A program made the translations under genes and the position numbers. A DNA stretch of 20,000 nucleotides. It comes from Chiloscyllium plagiosum. Taxonomy: Eukaryota. This document shows, one piece after another, positions 9,833-20,000 of the stretch. The DNA is taken from the NCBI RefSeq assembly GCF_004010195.1, contig NC_057728.1, positions 45,148,332 through 45,168,331 of the forward strand, read 5' to 3'. How positions within the stretch are numbered: the first letter of the stretch is position 1; each line of letters starts with the position of its first letter. Under the pieces are notes generated by a model. That model saw only the letters and a list, made by a program, of their open reading frames with translations. It was not told the DNA's origin and did not search any database.

Positions 9833-11501
9833 TACATTAATATATTCATATATATTTGTTTGGGATACTTTTTTTTGTCTTTGGAAAAGGGGTATGTTTT
9901 GATATTTCATTTAGGACACTCAAATGACATTAGTGAGTGCCCTTGAACTGTTTTTGGATTTGTAGCCTACCATGGCAGTCTGGTTCAGCTAGGTCTCTGA
10001 GAACTGCAAGAGCAGTGATGGAGTAGGTGGTGGAGCTATAGACATCCAGAGAGAGGGCAGCAGGTGCCTCAGCAATGAAACCCATGTCATTTGCCTGGAG
10101 TGAAATGATCAAGTCACATACACCTTCAGGAAGTCTGCCTTGTCCTCCAGCACCACAGACAGTGTCACATTCTTACCCTTTAATAGAACAGAATTGAGGA
10201 TTTAGCTTCTAGTGAGAAGTGAGGGCAAGGCGAGTTGAGTAGCTATTGGAAGCAACTTTTCATCCAGAGTGCACTCAATTAGCTGGAAGTGAGTCGGTAC
10301 AAAGAGGGATAGATGTGAAGAAACTCTACAGGATTACCCCTGCAGTGTTTGCACTCACTTCAGCTGCAATGCTTCTAATTTATAAAGAACATTCTCTTTG
10401 AGAAACAGAGAAAGAATTTGTCAATGGACTTCCTTTGGCTGCCATCTGCTCTATCAAGTTTTTCTGCAAGACAGAGGGTGTGTGTTTGCATTCACTCTAT
10501 GAATTATTTTGAAAATGTGCCTGTGATGATCAGGTAGTAGGAATGTTGAGTGTCAGAGTTTAATTGTCAGAGTATATTCTGAATTATATAAGTCCAGGTG
10601 TGAACAACGTGCAACTAGATAATCCTGATGTGATAACTAAACTTTTTTCAGAATTTCAGGCATGTCATGGGAGGTAATTCACCTAGATAGATTCATAGAT
10701 TCACACAGCCCTTCAGCCCATCGAGCCTGCACTGACATAACTACCACTAAAAGCGTGCTAATCACAATTTCCTGCACATATCCCATGTCCTTAAATGTTA
10801 GAACTTTTTAAGTACTCATCCAAGTATTTTTAAAGGTTTTAAGGTTTCCAGCCTCATTACCTTTCCAGAATGCATTCCAGATTCCCACCACCTGCTGAGT
10901 GAAAAGATTTTTCCCAAATCCCCTTTCAATCTTTTACCTCTCACCCTAAAACTATGTCCATTAGTGATTGACCCCTCAACCAAGGGGAACAGCTGCTCTC
11001 TATTCAGCCTGTCCATACCCCTCATAATCTTATATACCTCAATTATAACTCCTCTCAGTCTTCTCTGTTCGAAATAAACCAATCCAATCCTATCTAATCT
11101 CTCCTTATAGTTCAATTTCTCTATTTCAGGCAACATCCAGGTGAATCTCCTCTCTGCCTCCTCTAGGAAGGATGTTTTGAAACTTGAAAGGGTTCAGAAA
11201 AGATTTACAAGGATATTGCCAGGGCTGGAGAAATTGAGCTATAGGAAGAGGCTGAATAGGCTGGGGTTGTTTTCCCTGGAGTATCGGAGGCTGAGGGGTG
11301 ACCTTATAGAGGTTTATAACATCATGAGGGGCATCAATAGGGTAAATAGAAGGCATTTTCCCTGGGGTGGGATAGTCCAGAACTAGAAGGTATAGGCTTA
11401 GGGTGAGGGGGAAAAATTTAAAAGGGACCCAAGGGGCAACTTTTTCACACAGAGGGTGGTGTGTGTACGGAATAAGCTGCCAGAGCAAGTGGTGGAGGCT
11501 G

Positions 11502-11712
11502 TTTGTTGTGTCGACATAGTCTTACCAGACCATAGTGGCTACTCTCTTATTAGGGAGAAGCGACTGGTGGTGATTTAACCTGAGGGTCACCAGACCTCAG
11601 GTGAAGGAAGAGGTTGAGAAGAAGAGTCCTTCATGGTAACCTCAAACCAGTGATGGGAATTGAACCCACGCTGTTTGCATCACACTACTCTGCAAACCAA
11701 TGATCCAGAAGA
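11502..11712 (-). mobile_element. tRNA-derived SINE of a second (non-HE1) family, head slightly truncated
   Basis: B box GGGTTCAATTCCC on the minus strand (11667-11655); internal hairpin CCTGAGG...CCTCAGG; splits host 'gaggctg|gtacaat' with CTG at both junctions. Confidence 0.75.
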
Positions 11713-11752
11713 CTGGTACAATCACAACATTTAAAAGACATTTGGATGGGTA

Positions 11753-12052
11753 GATAGATTATTAACAGTGTGGAAACAGGCCCTTCGGCCCAACTGAAGT
11801 CCACACCAACCTGCCACCCACCCAGACCCATTCCCCTATATTTACCCCTTCACCTAACACCACAGGCAACTTATACTGACCAATTCACCTAACCTACACA
11901 TTTTTGGAGTGTGGGAGGAAACCGGAGCAAACCCGCACAGACACGGGGAGAATGTGCAAACTCCACACAGAGAGTCGCTTGAGGTGGGAATTGAACTCGG
12001 ATCTCTGGCGCTGTGAGGCAGCAGTACTAACCACTGTGCTACCGTGCCACCC
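11753..12052 (-). mobile_element. HE1-type SINE, full length
   Basis: Head GGGTGGCACGGTAGCACAGTGGTTAGTACTGCTGCCTCACAGCGCCAG, B box GAGTTCAATTCC, central domain, tail GGGCCGAAGGGCCTGTTTCCACACTG. Confidence 0.92.
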
Positions 12053-12163
12053 GTAATGAATAGAAAGGGTTCAGAGGAGTATGGGCCAAGTGCTGGCAAA
12101 TGGGACTATAATAGTTTAGGATATCTGGTTGGCATGGACGAGTTGGGCTGAAGGGTCTGATTC

Positions 12164-12534
12164 ATTCTATTCCTCTAATTACAAGATAATTAGAGGAATA
12201 GATAGAGTCAATAGCCAGAGACTTTTCCCCAGGGCAGGATTGACTGGTACGAGGGGTCATAGTTCTAAGATATTAGGAGATAGGTATAGAGGAGATGTCA
12301 GAGGTAGGTTCTTTACGCAGAGAGTTGTGAATTCATGGAATACATTGCCAGCGGTGGTGGTGGAAGCAGAGTCATTAGGGACATTTAAGCGACTGCTGGA
12401 CATGCACATGGAGAGCAGTGAGTTGAGGGGTGCGTAAGTTAAGTTATTATATTTTACATTAGGATTAAACCTCGGCACAACATCATGGGCCTAAGGGCCT
12501 GTTCTGTGCTGTACTTTTCTATGTTCTATGTTTT
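12164..12534 (+). mobile_element. 5'-truncated CR1 LINE of another subfamily, inserted in the 3' UTR of the HER1 copy
   Basis: ORF 12129-12437 YKIIRGIDRV...TRGHS.K...RGRFFTQRVVNSWNTLP..VVEAESLGTFKRLLD; tail (TTCTATG)n; ATTC at both junctions. Confidence 0.88.
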
Positions 12535-13861
12535 ATTCCATGCTGTACATCTCTATGACTCTATGACTCTACTGCTATCACATCCTTCCTATGGGAAGGT
12601 AATCAGAACTGCACATAGTGCTCCAGCTGAGGTCTGACCAACGCTCTGTACAACTCTAACGTTATCTCCTTGCTCTCACACTCTATACCGAATTCAGCGA
12701 TCCGTGAATAATTTCCCCATGATCCTTCTGTCCATCTAAGCTACCCAGTGTTCTGCCGTTCACTAAATATTCCCTCATCTTGTTTCCCCTTCCAAAGTGC
12801 ATCATTCTGAATTTATCGGGGTTAAATACCATCAACCACTGGTCTGCCCATCTGACCAACCATCTTTATCTTCCTGTAACCTACACCATTTTCTTTGCTA
12901 TTAACCACTCTACCAATCTTGGCGTTGTCTGCAAATGTATATGTAAATGTATATAAAAAAGTAATAAGGGTCCCAATACTGATCCTTGAGATACACTGGG
13001 CACTGGTCTCCAGTCACTCAAACAGCCTCTTACAACGACTTTACTACCCAATTACTAAGCCAATTTCTGATCCATTTCACCACATTTCCCTCAATTTAAC
13101 CATCTCAATCGGTCTCCCAGGTGGGACCTTGTCAAAAACTTAAAATCCATATAAAGTACATCATCTGAACTTCCCTCATCCGCACACTTGTTCACATTCT
13201 CAAAGAATTGTAGCAAATTTGTTAGGCATGATCTCTCTCTGACAAAGCCATACTGACTATCCCTAATTCACCCCATGCCTTTACAAATGGGCATTAATTC
13301 ACTCTTTCAGAATTTTCTCCAATAGCTTCCCTACCACTAACACAAGACTCACCAGTCTGTAATTTCCTTGGTCATCTGTACCACCCCTCTAAAAAGGTGG
13401 AATCACATTAGCCATCCTCCAGTTTTGTGGCACTTCCCCCGTGGCCAGAGAGGAATTAAAAATTTCTGTCAGACCCTCTGCAATTTCCTGCCTCACTTCC
13501 AAAAGCAGCCTGGGATGCAATCCATCTGGACCAGGGAGTTGTCTGTTTGTAAGTCCAACAGAGCCTCCAATATCTCCCCATTTCCTCTGTCAAACTGTAC
13601 ACATTCCTTACACTCCCTTTTCCTGAATTCCATACCCACATTCTCCTTTTCCAAAGTGACGTTTGAAGAGAAGTATTCATTCAACACCATTCCAGTGGCT
13701 TGACACATAGGTTGCCCTCTTGGTCTCTAATGAGCCCTACTCTTTCCCTGGTTAACCTCTTCCCTTTAATGTATTTACCTGTTCAAGAAAGTTTTCTCAG
13801 TGTCTCTTTGGTGATGTTATCTGGATGTTTTGTGTCACACAAAGAGGTTTAGGCTCTCCGT

Positions 13862-13940
13862 AAGACCATAAGAAATAGGAACATGAGTAGTTATTTTCCC
13901 ATCAGGCCTGTTTCATCAGTCAATAGGATCGTGGCTATTC
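13862..13940 (-). mobile_element. CR1 3' tail fragment
   Basis: 'aagaccataagaaataggaac...caataggatcgtggct' is the antisense of a CR1 3' terminus. Confidence 0.6.
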
Positions 13941-14182
13941 TATTGTTTTCTACCAACTTTCTGGTTAATCAGGAACTGCAGAATTACATCAGAGGCTCTT
14001 GGTGTCAGTTTGGGGTTGTTGCAACAAGTCTGGCAGTCTCAGTGTTTCCTGATGCCTGCAGCCATTGTGCACCTCCCCTTTAAGAGTTCCAGCCAACTGG
14101 CAAGCCCTATTGTGGTGCCCAACCACCAAACTCCAAACAGGTGAATTATCTGCCAGCAGTGTGGGCAGCACTGCCTTCATTT

Positions 14183-14328
14183 GAGATAGTTTTTTTTAAT
14201 TAAACAAAGGTATTAAGGGATATTGGCCAAAGACAGGAATAAGGCGACAGGCCACTGAGCAGCCATGATCTAATTGAATGACAGAATGAGTTTGAGGGGC
14301 TGAATGGCCTATTCTTGTTCCTATGTTC
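14183..14328 (+). mobile_element. CR1 3' end fragment
   Basis: 'cagccatgatctaattgaatg...gaggggctgaatggcctattcttgttcctatgttc', similar to the tails at ~1970 and ~3735. Confidence 0.75.
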
Positions 14329-15579
14329 AAGTTGCTTCATCAAAATGGAGTCTTAGCACCAAGTTCAAGTGGGTCCAGCATTTATGTGAATAGACAAAGC
14401 ACTGTAAGCCTGCCCTTTGCACATTACCTTTTTGATAAAATTGTCTTTCTATGCCATTGTGTCAAGAAGAAATAAACCAGTAGCAATTTTTCAACTGCAT
14501 AATATATTTTGTGAACTGTATTTCCTGCACTGGTTAGCACATTTGTACTAAATTGTGTGCTTTTTGGTACTGAAGTTAATTGACTATTAAACCAGCAGAG
14601 ACAGGAATTTGAAGTAAATGTGATTGTCGGTGTTTTACAAATAGAAAGAAATTCAATTCTAAAAAGATTGCCCCAACTTTGAGCATGGTAAATTATTATT
14701 TAATGCTGACAGCATTGGAGAATACTTACCATCTCTTCAATGATCATTAATGGCTTTTGGTACCATAATTAAATCTGATATATTTACTCAAAGTACATAC
14801 CTACCAATTTAAATAATAATGGCCTGCAATTAGTCATCAAAATTTCTAATGTGCAAATGTTACAGCAGCTTGAGATGAAGGAGCGATATATAGACCAACA
14901 CAGAAATGTTTATATTGTTGCAAGTGTTATGCTGCGTCACTTTTAGCTTTGCAAAAATAGCCTTTCATTGTCTCTCCATCAAATTGTATTAAATAGCTTG
15001 GAATTACTATGATTGTGCTATACTTGCAAACTAAACTCACCACTGAAAGATAGGTCTTGTCAATTCCAGTTCAAGTATACGTTTAGGGACATAAATACCA
15101 AGTATGGTCAATCGCTCTCTCGAATACTGACAACTAATTACCTAAGTGCGAAGTTGTATTTATTCAGGTTTTAATTGTTGGAGACTTTTGAAAGGTCAAA
15201 TTTAAATAACACATACAACAGTAGATGGCAACCTCCATTCTGGAATGCAATAATCACTTAAAAGTTTAGTACCTTGGCATCTTCATAGTCACTGGCAAGA
15301 TGTTTATTGCTTTATTCTGAAGTTACAGCTTAGATATATTCAGTGAGGATGTATTTACTTAGTGCAGCAATCTCACGAATTGTTTCTTGCTGAGATTCAG
15401 GTGGGAGAATTGTTCCCTGGGCAAGATTACCTCCTATTAAGAGCCCTTCCCTCACTCCCCTCGCTCATCAGCCAGTTGTCCTGCTCAGTGTGCTTTGTTT
15501 AATACTCATGTCATAATATATTCCACAGGAAGTGCCTACTGGAGTACCCACATCTTAGAACAACTGAGCTGAATTCAGC

Positions 15580-16735
15580 AGAAACTTAGAAACTAGGAGC
15601 AGGAGTAGGTTATATGGCTCTCTGGCCTTCTGCTATTCTATTTGAAAGCAATATGCCTGCTTTCTCTCCATACCTCTTGATGCTCTTAATATCAAAAAAC
15701 TGTCTTTCTCTTTCTTGAACATACCTGACCTCCACAGCCTTCGTGGTTGCAACTTTCACGGGTTGACCACTTACCAAGTAAAGAAGCTTTTCATTATCTC
15801 TGTCCTAAATGGCTTAAGCTGGATCCTGAGACTATGACCTCTAATTCTAGACACCTCAACCACAGGAAACATCCTCCTATATCTAGTCTGTCTAACCTTG
15901 TTAGAATGTTACATGCTTTAATCAGATCCCCTCTCAGCCTTCTAACCTTAAGTGAATATAGGCCAAGTCAAATCTATTTCTCCTCATAAGACAGTCCTGC
16001 CATCACAGGTATCAGCCTAGTCAGTTTTCACTGCACTCTTTCTATAGCAAGTATGTTCTCTCTTAAGTAGGGCAACCAAAACTGCACTCAACAATTCAGT
16101 TGCAGTCTCAGCAAGGTCCTGCATAACTCTCATTAGATATCCCTATTTCTGAACTCAAATCCTCTTGCAATGAAGGCTGAAATTCTATTTGCTTCCCTAA
16201 TTGCTTGCTGCACCTCCTGCTCACTTTCATTGACTAGTGTATAAATAAGCCCTGATCCCTGTGTACATCCACATTACCCAAAATATCACCATTTAAATAA
16301 TATTCTGCTGTTTTATTTTACACCAAAGCACATAACTTCATCAGCAAGCTTGGAAATACTTCATTGTTTCCCTCAAACAAGTTATTTATGCATTCATGAA
16401 AAGCTGAGAACCAAGCACTGATCCCTGTCGAACACCACTAGTCACCACCTGCCACCCAGAAAAAGATCCATTTATTTCCACCATCTGTTTTCAGTTTGTC
16501 AACTAATTCTGAGTCCAGGCCAGTATATTACCCTCAAAATCCAGGTGCTTTAATTTTGCCCACTTGTCTCTTATGTGTGATCGTACCAAAGACCTTCTTA
16601 TGCAACACCTCCATTGGGTCTGCATTTTCTATTCTACTAATTACAGCCTCAAAAACCTCCAGCAGATTAGTTAAGCATGATTTCCCTTTCATCAACACAT
16701 GGTGACTTTGTCTAATCCTGCTAATCCTTTCCAAG
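15580..16735 (-). mobile_element. Antisense CR1 LINE, RT region to 3' tail, with internal deletions
   Basis: Minus ORF 16534-16734 SHHVLMKGKSCLTNLLEVFE matches the RT motif QHGFxKGKSCLTNLLEFFE; 3' tail 'agaaactaggagcaggagtagg' near 15590. Confidence 0.85.
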
Positions 16736-17456
16736 AACCAGTTTCAGAAATTGCTGCACATTTTGTAGACCTTTGAAACTTGAAACTACTCCAGAAAACA
16801 ACAAACACTTTGAGATGCAACAAACAGAGGAGAAATAACCAATCAGCAACTAATCTGTAAACACTTGGTGGTCCTTGTAAGCAGAACTACTGGGGGACCT
16901 TCTTACTGGTGATACTTAGATTGCAATGCAACATTAAGAAGAGGGCATAACTAGAATGTAATTGTCCAGAATGGTGCGGCTGGCATCAAAGCAGTTTTGT
17001 ACTTATTTTATTGACATTGTGATCAGTCATGTAAACAAACAACTGGCAGAAATGTTCCTAATTTCTAGTGTGGGCTATTGAATCTTTTTAAGTCATTGGT
17101 TTAACTAATAGCACCCTCTTGTGTTGAGCACATCTATGTGCCTCCAGAATGCTTTCAGAAAGGCTCAAACATTTAATGAAAAAAACCACTGCAGAAATAG
17201 TAATTTTTAATCAGATACATACTAATCAAAAATTAATAGATGGAAAGAACAGAACAGCACAGACCTTTCCACTGCGTAGTTTACAGACAGGGAAGGAGGC
17301 AAAATAATTTACTGTTGAAAATACTTATTTCCCTTTTCTGAAATTCTCACGTATGATCTTAGCCTTGCTGCCAGAAGGAATGCAAGCTTTGGTAGGGCTC
17401 ACAAGAATGTTATTATCCAGAGTGAGATGGCTAGTATGGCTTCACAAGATTGAGCT

Positions 17457-18120
17457 TTTCTTTATCCATTCATGGATGTGGGCATCACTGGCTGGCCAGC
17501 ATTTTTTGCCCTTCCCTAGTTACCCTTGAGAAGGTGGTGGTGAGCTGTCTTCTTGGATTGCTACAGTCCACTTGCTGTAGGTTGGCCCACAATGCTGTTG
17601 GGGAAGGATTGCCAGGATTTTGACCCAGTAACAGTGAAAGAATGGCGAGTCAGGATAGTGAGTGGCTTGGAGAGGAATTTGCAGGTAATGGTGTTCCCAT
17701 GTGTCTGCTGCCTTTGTCCGTCTAGATTGAAATGTTTGAGAGTTTGAAAGGTGCTATTTTAAAAAATCTTAGATGAATTTCTGCCTTACATCTTGTAACT
17801 GTGGTTCTGTTCGCCGAGCTGGAAGTTTTTGTTACATCTTGTAGGTTGTACACACTGCTGCTACTGAGCGTTGTTTGTGGAGGGAGTAGATGCTTGTGGA
17901 TGTGGTGCCAATCAAGCGGGCTGCTGTGTCCTGGATAGTGTCAAGTTCCTTGAGTGTTGTTGGAGCTGCACCCATCCAGTATATTCCATTATGCTCCTGA
18001 CTTGTACCTTGTAGATAATGGACAGGTTTTGAGGAGTCAGTTTACCATTCCTCACCTCTGTTCTGCTCTTGTAGCCGCTGTGTTTATGTGGTGACACTAG
18101 TTGAGCTTCTGGTCAATGGG
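17457..18120 (-). mobile_element. Non-LTR retrotransposon 3' portion (CR1 group, Zenon-like C-terminus; clade uncertain)
   Basis: Minus strand LTPQNLSIIYKVQVRSIMEY...(frameshift) AAPTTLKELDTIQDTAARLIGTTS...HKQRSVAAVCT; 3' end near 'atggataaagaaaa'. Confidence 0.75.
17798..17831. mobile_element. 34-bp insertion with 12-bp target-site duplication (possible Penelope-like terminal fragment)
   Basis: TTACATCTTGTA repeated exactly at 17786-17797 and 17832-17843 around ACTGTGGTTCTGTTCGCCGAGCTGGAAGTTTTTG. The PLE origin is from recall only. Confidence 0.6.
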
Positions 18121-19710
18121 ACTTAGCTCGGGAGTCGGGCGTCCATTTTTTACAGAGTGGTGAGGAGAGAGGGCGGAGAGAAGCGAGGGCTGCCAGTAAA
18201 GGAGAGCGTGAGAACCGTTTTTAAAGGAGCAGCAGAGGGAGAGGCCACAGCGAGGAGCAGAAGGCTACTGGGTTTATATTTGGGAAATGGCTGAATCCCA
18301 AGACACTACACATGTAGTGTCTCCCACCCACCCTCCTCCTCTAACCAAAAAAAAGACTCTAGTGTGTTGCTAAAGTGAGGCGTTTCAATTGATATTTCTT
18401 GTGTACCATGTGATTGACTACAAGTTTACTGTTAGTTGGTTAGTTGAATAAGACCATAGAGAGGTACTAGAAATTATTTAACTCATAAATTTGTATAAAT
18501 TAATTAAGTAAGTAGAGATAGCTGGATAGGTGATGTGCTATAGCTGTATGATGTGGAAGCTGACTGATCCCATTGTGAATGGCAGTGACCACATCTGCAG
18601 CAAGTGTTGGTTGCTGGAGGAACTCCGGCTCAGAGTTGATGATCTGGAATCTGAACTTCAAGCACTGCGGCACATCCGGGAGGGGGAGAGTTACCTGGAC
18701 GCTTTGTTTCTGGAGGCAGTCACACCTGGTAGATTAAGTAATTCAAATTCAGTTAGTGATCAGCAACAACAGGGTGTGACTGTAAGTGAGGCAGGTAGGG
18801 GGATTCTGAGTTCAGGAGTGGAGGACCCTCAGCCCTTGACCTTGTCCAACAGGTACGAAGTTTTTGCTCCCTGTGTGGATGAGGAAAAGGGCTGTGGGGA
18901 GGAAGAGCCAGCTGACCACAGCACCATGGTGCAGGAGGCCATTCAAGAGGGGGGAGCAAAACAACAAGTAGTTGTTATCGGGGATTCTATAATTAGGGGG
19001 ACAGATAGTATTCTTTGCAAGCCCGATCGGGAGTCCCGCATGGTGTGTTGTCTGCCCGGTGCCAGGGTGCAGGACATCTCCGACCGGCTTGAAATGATAT
19101 TGGAGCGGGAGGGAGGGAATCCAGTTGGTCCACTTTGGCACTAACAACGTAGGCAAGGCGAGGAAGGAGGATCTGTTTGGAGATTATCAAACACAAGAAG
19201 GAAATTGAAGAACAGGTCCTCGAAGGTCATAATCTCTGGATTACTGCCTGATTGACATAGGGATAAGAAAATTAGGGAAGTAAACACGTGGCTAAGAGAT
19301 TGATGTGGGTAAGAGGGATTCCATTTCATGAGACATTGGCATTAGTTTCAGAGCCGGAGGATCTGTACCGATGGGACAGTATCCACCTAAACCGATCTCT
19401 AACCAGTGTTCTGGCGAAAAGGATAAATAGGGTGGTCACTCGGACTTTAAACTTGTGAGTCGTGGTGAAGGGAAAGGAAAGTAACAGGGAGTATGGAGTC
19501 AAGTAGAAAGATAAGCAGCAGGTTACCATGTGTGGAGGGTTTAAGTTCAAGGCAGGCTTGGAATGAAGAAAAAGGATGGATAACATCGGGCATATGACAA
19601 AAGGTGATGGAAATCATGACGATAAGAAAATTAGCATTAAGGCACTTTACCTGAATGCTCGTAGTATTCGTAATAAATTTGATTAATGAACAGCACAAAT
19701 CATCGTGAAT
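18121..19710 (+). mobile_element. 5' end of a CR1 LINE: 5' UTR, ORF1 and start of ORF2 endonuclease
   Basis: Purine-rich leader with several retained CpGs, ORF1 pseudogene, then IKALYLNARSIRNKFD* (19636-19686), the APE N-terminal motif. Confidence 0.88.
18518..19458 (+). pseudogene. CR1 ORF1 protein (zinc finger / leucine zipper / SGNH esterase), disrupted
   Basis: CYSC...CSKC, heptad LEELRLRVDDLESELQAL, LSNRYEV, VVVIGDSIIR (GDS), CLPGA; after a frameshift VHFGTNN, IISGLLP, WDSIHLN and stop at 19456-19458. Probable lost start (ATA at 18518, in-frame TAG at 18527); several stops in the 3' half. Confidence 0.9.
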
Positions 19711-20000
19711 AGAGTAATAGAATCATAGAGATGTACAGCATGGAAACAGACCCTTCGGTCCAACCAGTCCATGAAGACCAGATATCCCAACCCAATCTAA
19801 TCCCACCTGCCAGCACCCAGACCATATCCCTCCAAACCCTTCCTATTCATATACCCATCCAAATGCCTCTTAAATGTTGCAATTGTACCAGCTTCCACCA
19901 CATCCTCTGGCAGCTCATTCCATACACATAACACCCTCTGCGTGAAAAAGTTGCCCCCTAGGTCTCTTTTATATCTTTCCCCTCTTACCCTAAACCTATG
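19709..20000 (-). mobile_element. HER1/CR1 LINE 3' end, antisense, interrupting the upstream CR1 ORF2 (runs off window end)
   Basis: 'atagagtaatagaatcatagagatgtacagcatggaaacagacccttcgg...caccctctgcgtgaaaaagttgcccc' is the reverse complement of the same family as 11164-12571. Confidence 0.9.

Larger units (their letters stand above)
11164..12571 (+). mobile_element. HER1/CR1 LINE 3' portion, itself interrupted three times
   Basis: ORF 11141-11386 RKDVLKLERVQKRFTRILPGLEKLSYRKRLNRLGLFSLE; segments 11164-11501, 11713-11752, 12053-12163 and 12535-12571 join into one element ending in (CTATGACT) repeats. Confidence 0.88.
10687..13778 (-). mobile_element. Long antisense CR1 LINE (RT region to 3' tail), host of a nested insertion at ~11164-12571
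   Basis: Minus ORF 10816-11136 (LNYKERLDRIGL...RRLRG..IEVYKIMRG). The element resumes at 12572 with FADNAK (~12919-12936), YMDF..FDKVP (~13120-13153) and LNEYFSS (ORF 13493-13708). Confidence 0.85.

Noticed and set aside
9930..10112. GC-richer unique segment with a 60-aa minus ORF and possible acceptor (ttcactccag)
   Set aside because: No recognisable protein motif or convincing donor; cannot be supported as an exon without transcript or homology data.
11980..12052. tRNA gene
   Set aside because: A and B boxes belong to a SINE head that continues into SINE body and LINE-derived tail; no complete cloverleaf.
13780..14180. Segments 13780-13860 and 13990-14180 that may be old repeat fragments
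   Set aside because: No diagnostic motif, terminus or TSD that I could identify; left unannotated.
14729..14776. Strong minus-strand splice donor (ATG|GTAAGT) suggesting an exon
   Set aside because: All three frames upstream of the donor contain stops within ~45 nt; not coding, though a non-coding exon is not excluded.
18285..18350. HDV-like ribozyme in the LINE leader (CCTCCTC motif)
   Set aside because: Could not form the P1/P2/P3 nested pseudoknot pairings around the motif.

Overview
Eukaryotic, repeat-dense, non-coding DNA with no intact host gene. The repeat set (HE1-type tRNA SINEs, HER1/CR1 LINEs) points to a cartilaginous fish, probably a bamboo/carpet shark (inference from recalled repeat families). 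Much of the window is decayed mobile DNA: a Rex1/Babar RT fragment, many often nested CR1 fragments, the 5' end of a CR1 (zinc-finger/leucine-zipper/SGNH-esterase ORF1 plus the start of the APE domain), four tRNA-derived SINE copies, and a degenerate PIF/Harbinger transposon with convergent Myb/SANT and DDE remnants. The most interesting signal is a set of short, ORF-less inserts carrying minimal hammerhead-ribozyme cores (CUGAUGA...GAAA..UH) like those of Penelope-like element pLTRs. Two are fold-backs flanked by target-site duplications, and the copy at 6331-6365 keeps all core nucleotides. Some TE-free AT-rich blocks with transcription-factor motif clusters are unverified enhancer candidates. 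All family calls come from motif recognition, not database searches, and repeat boundaries are approximate.
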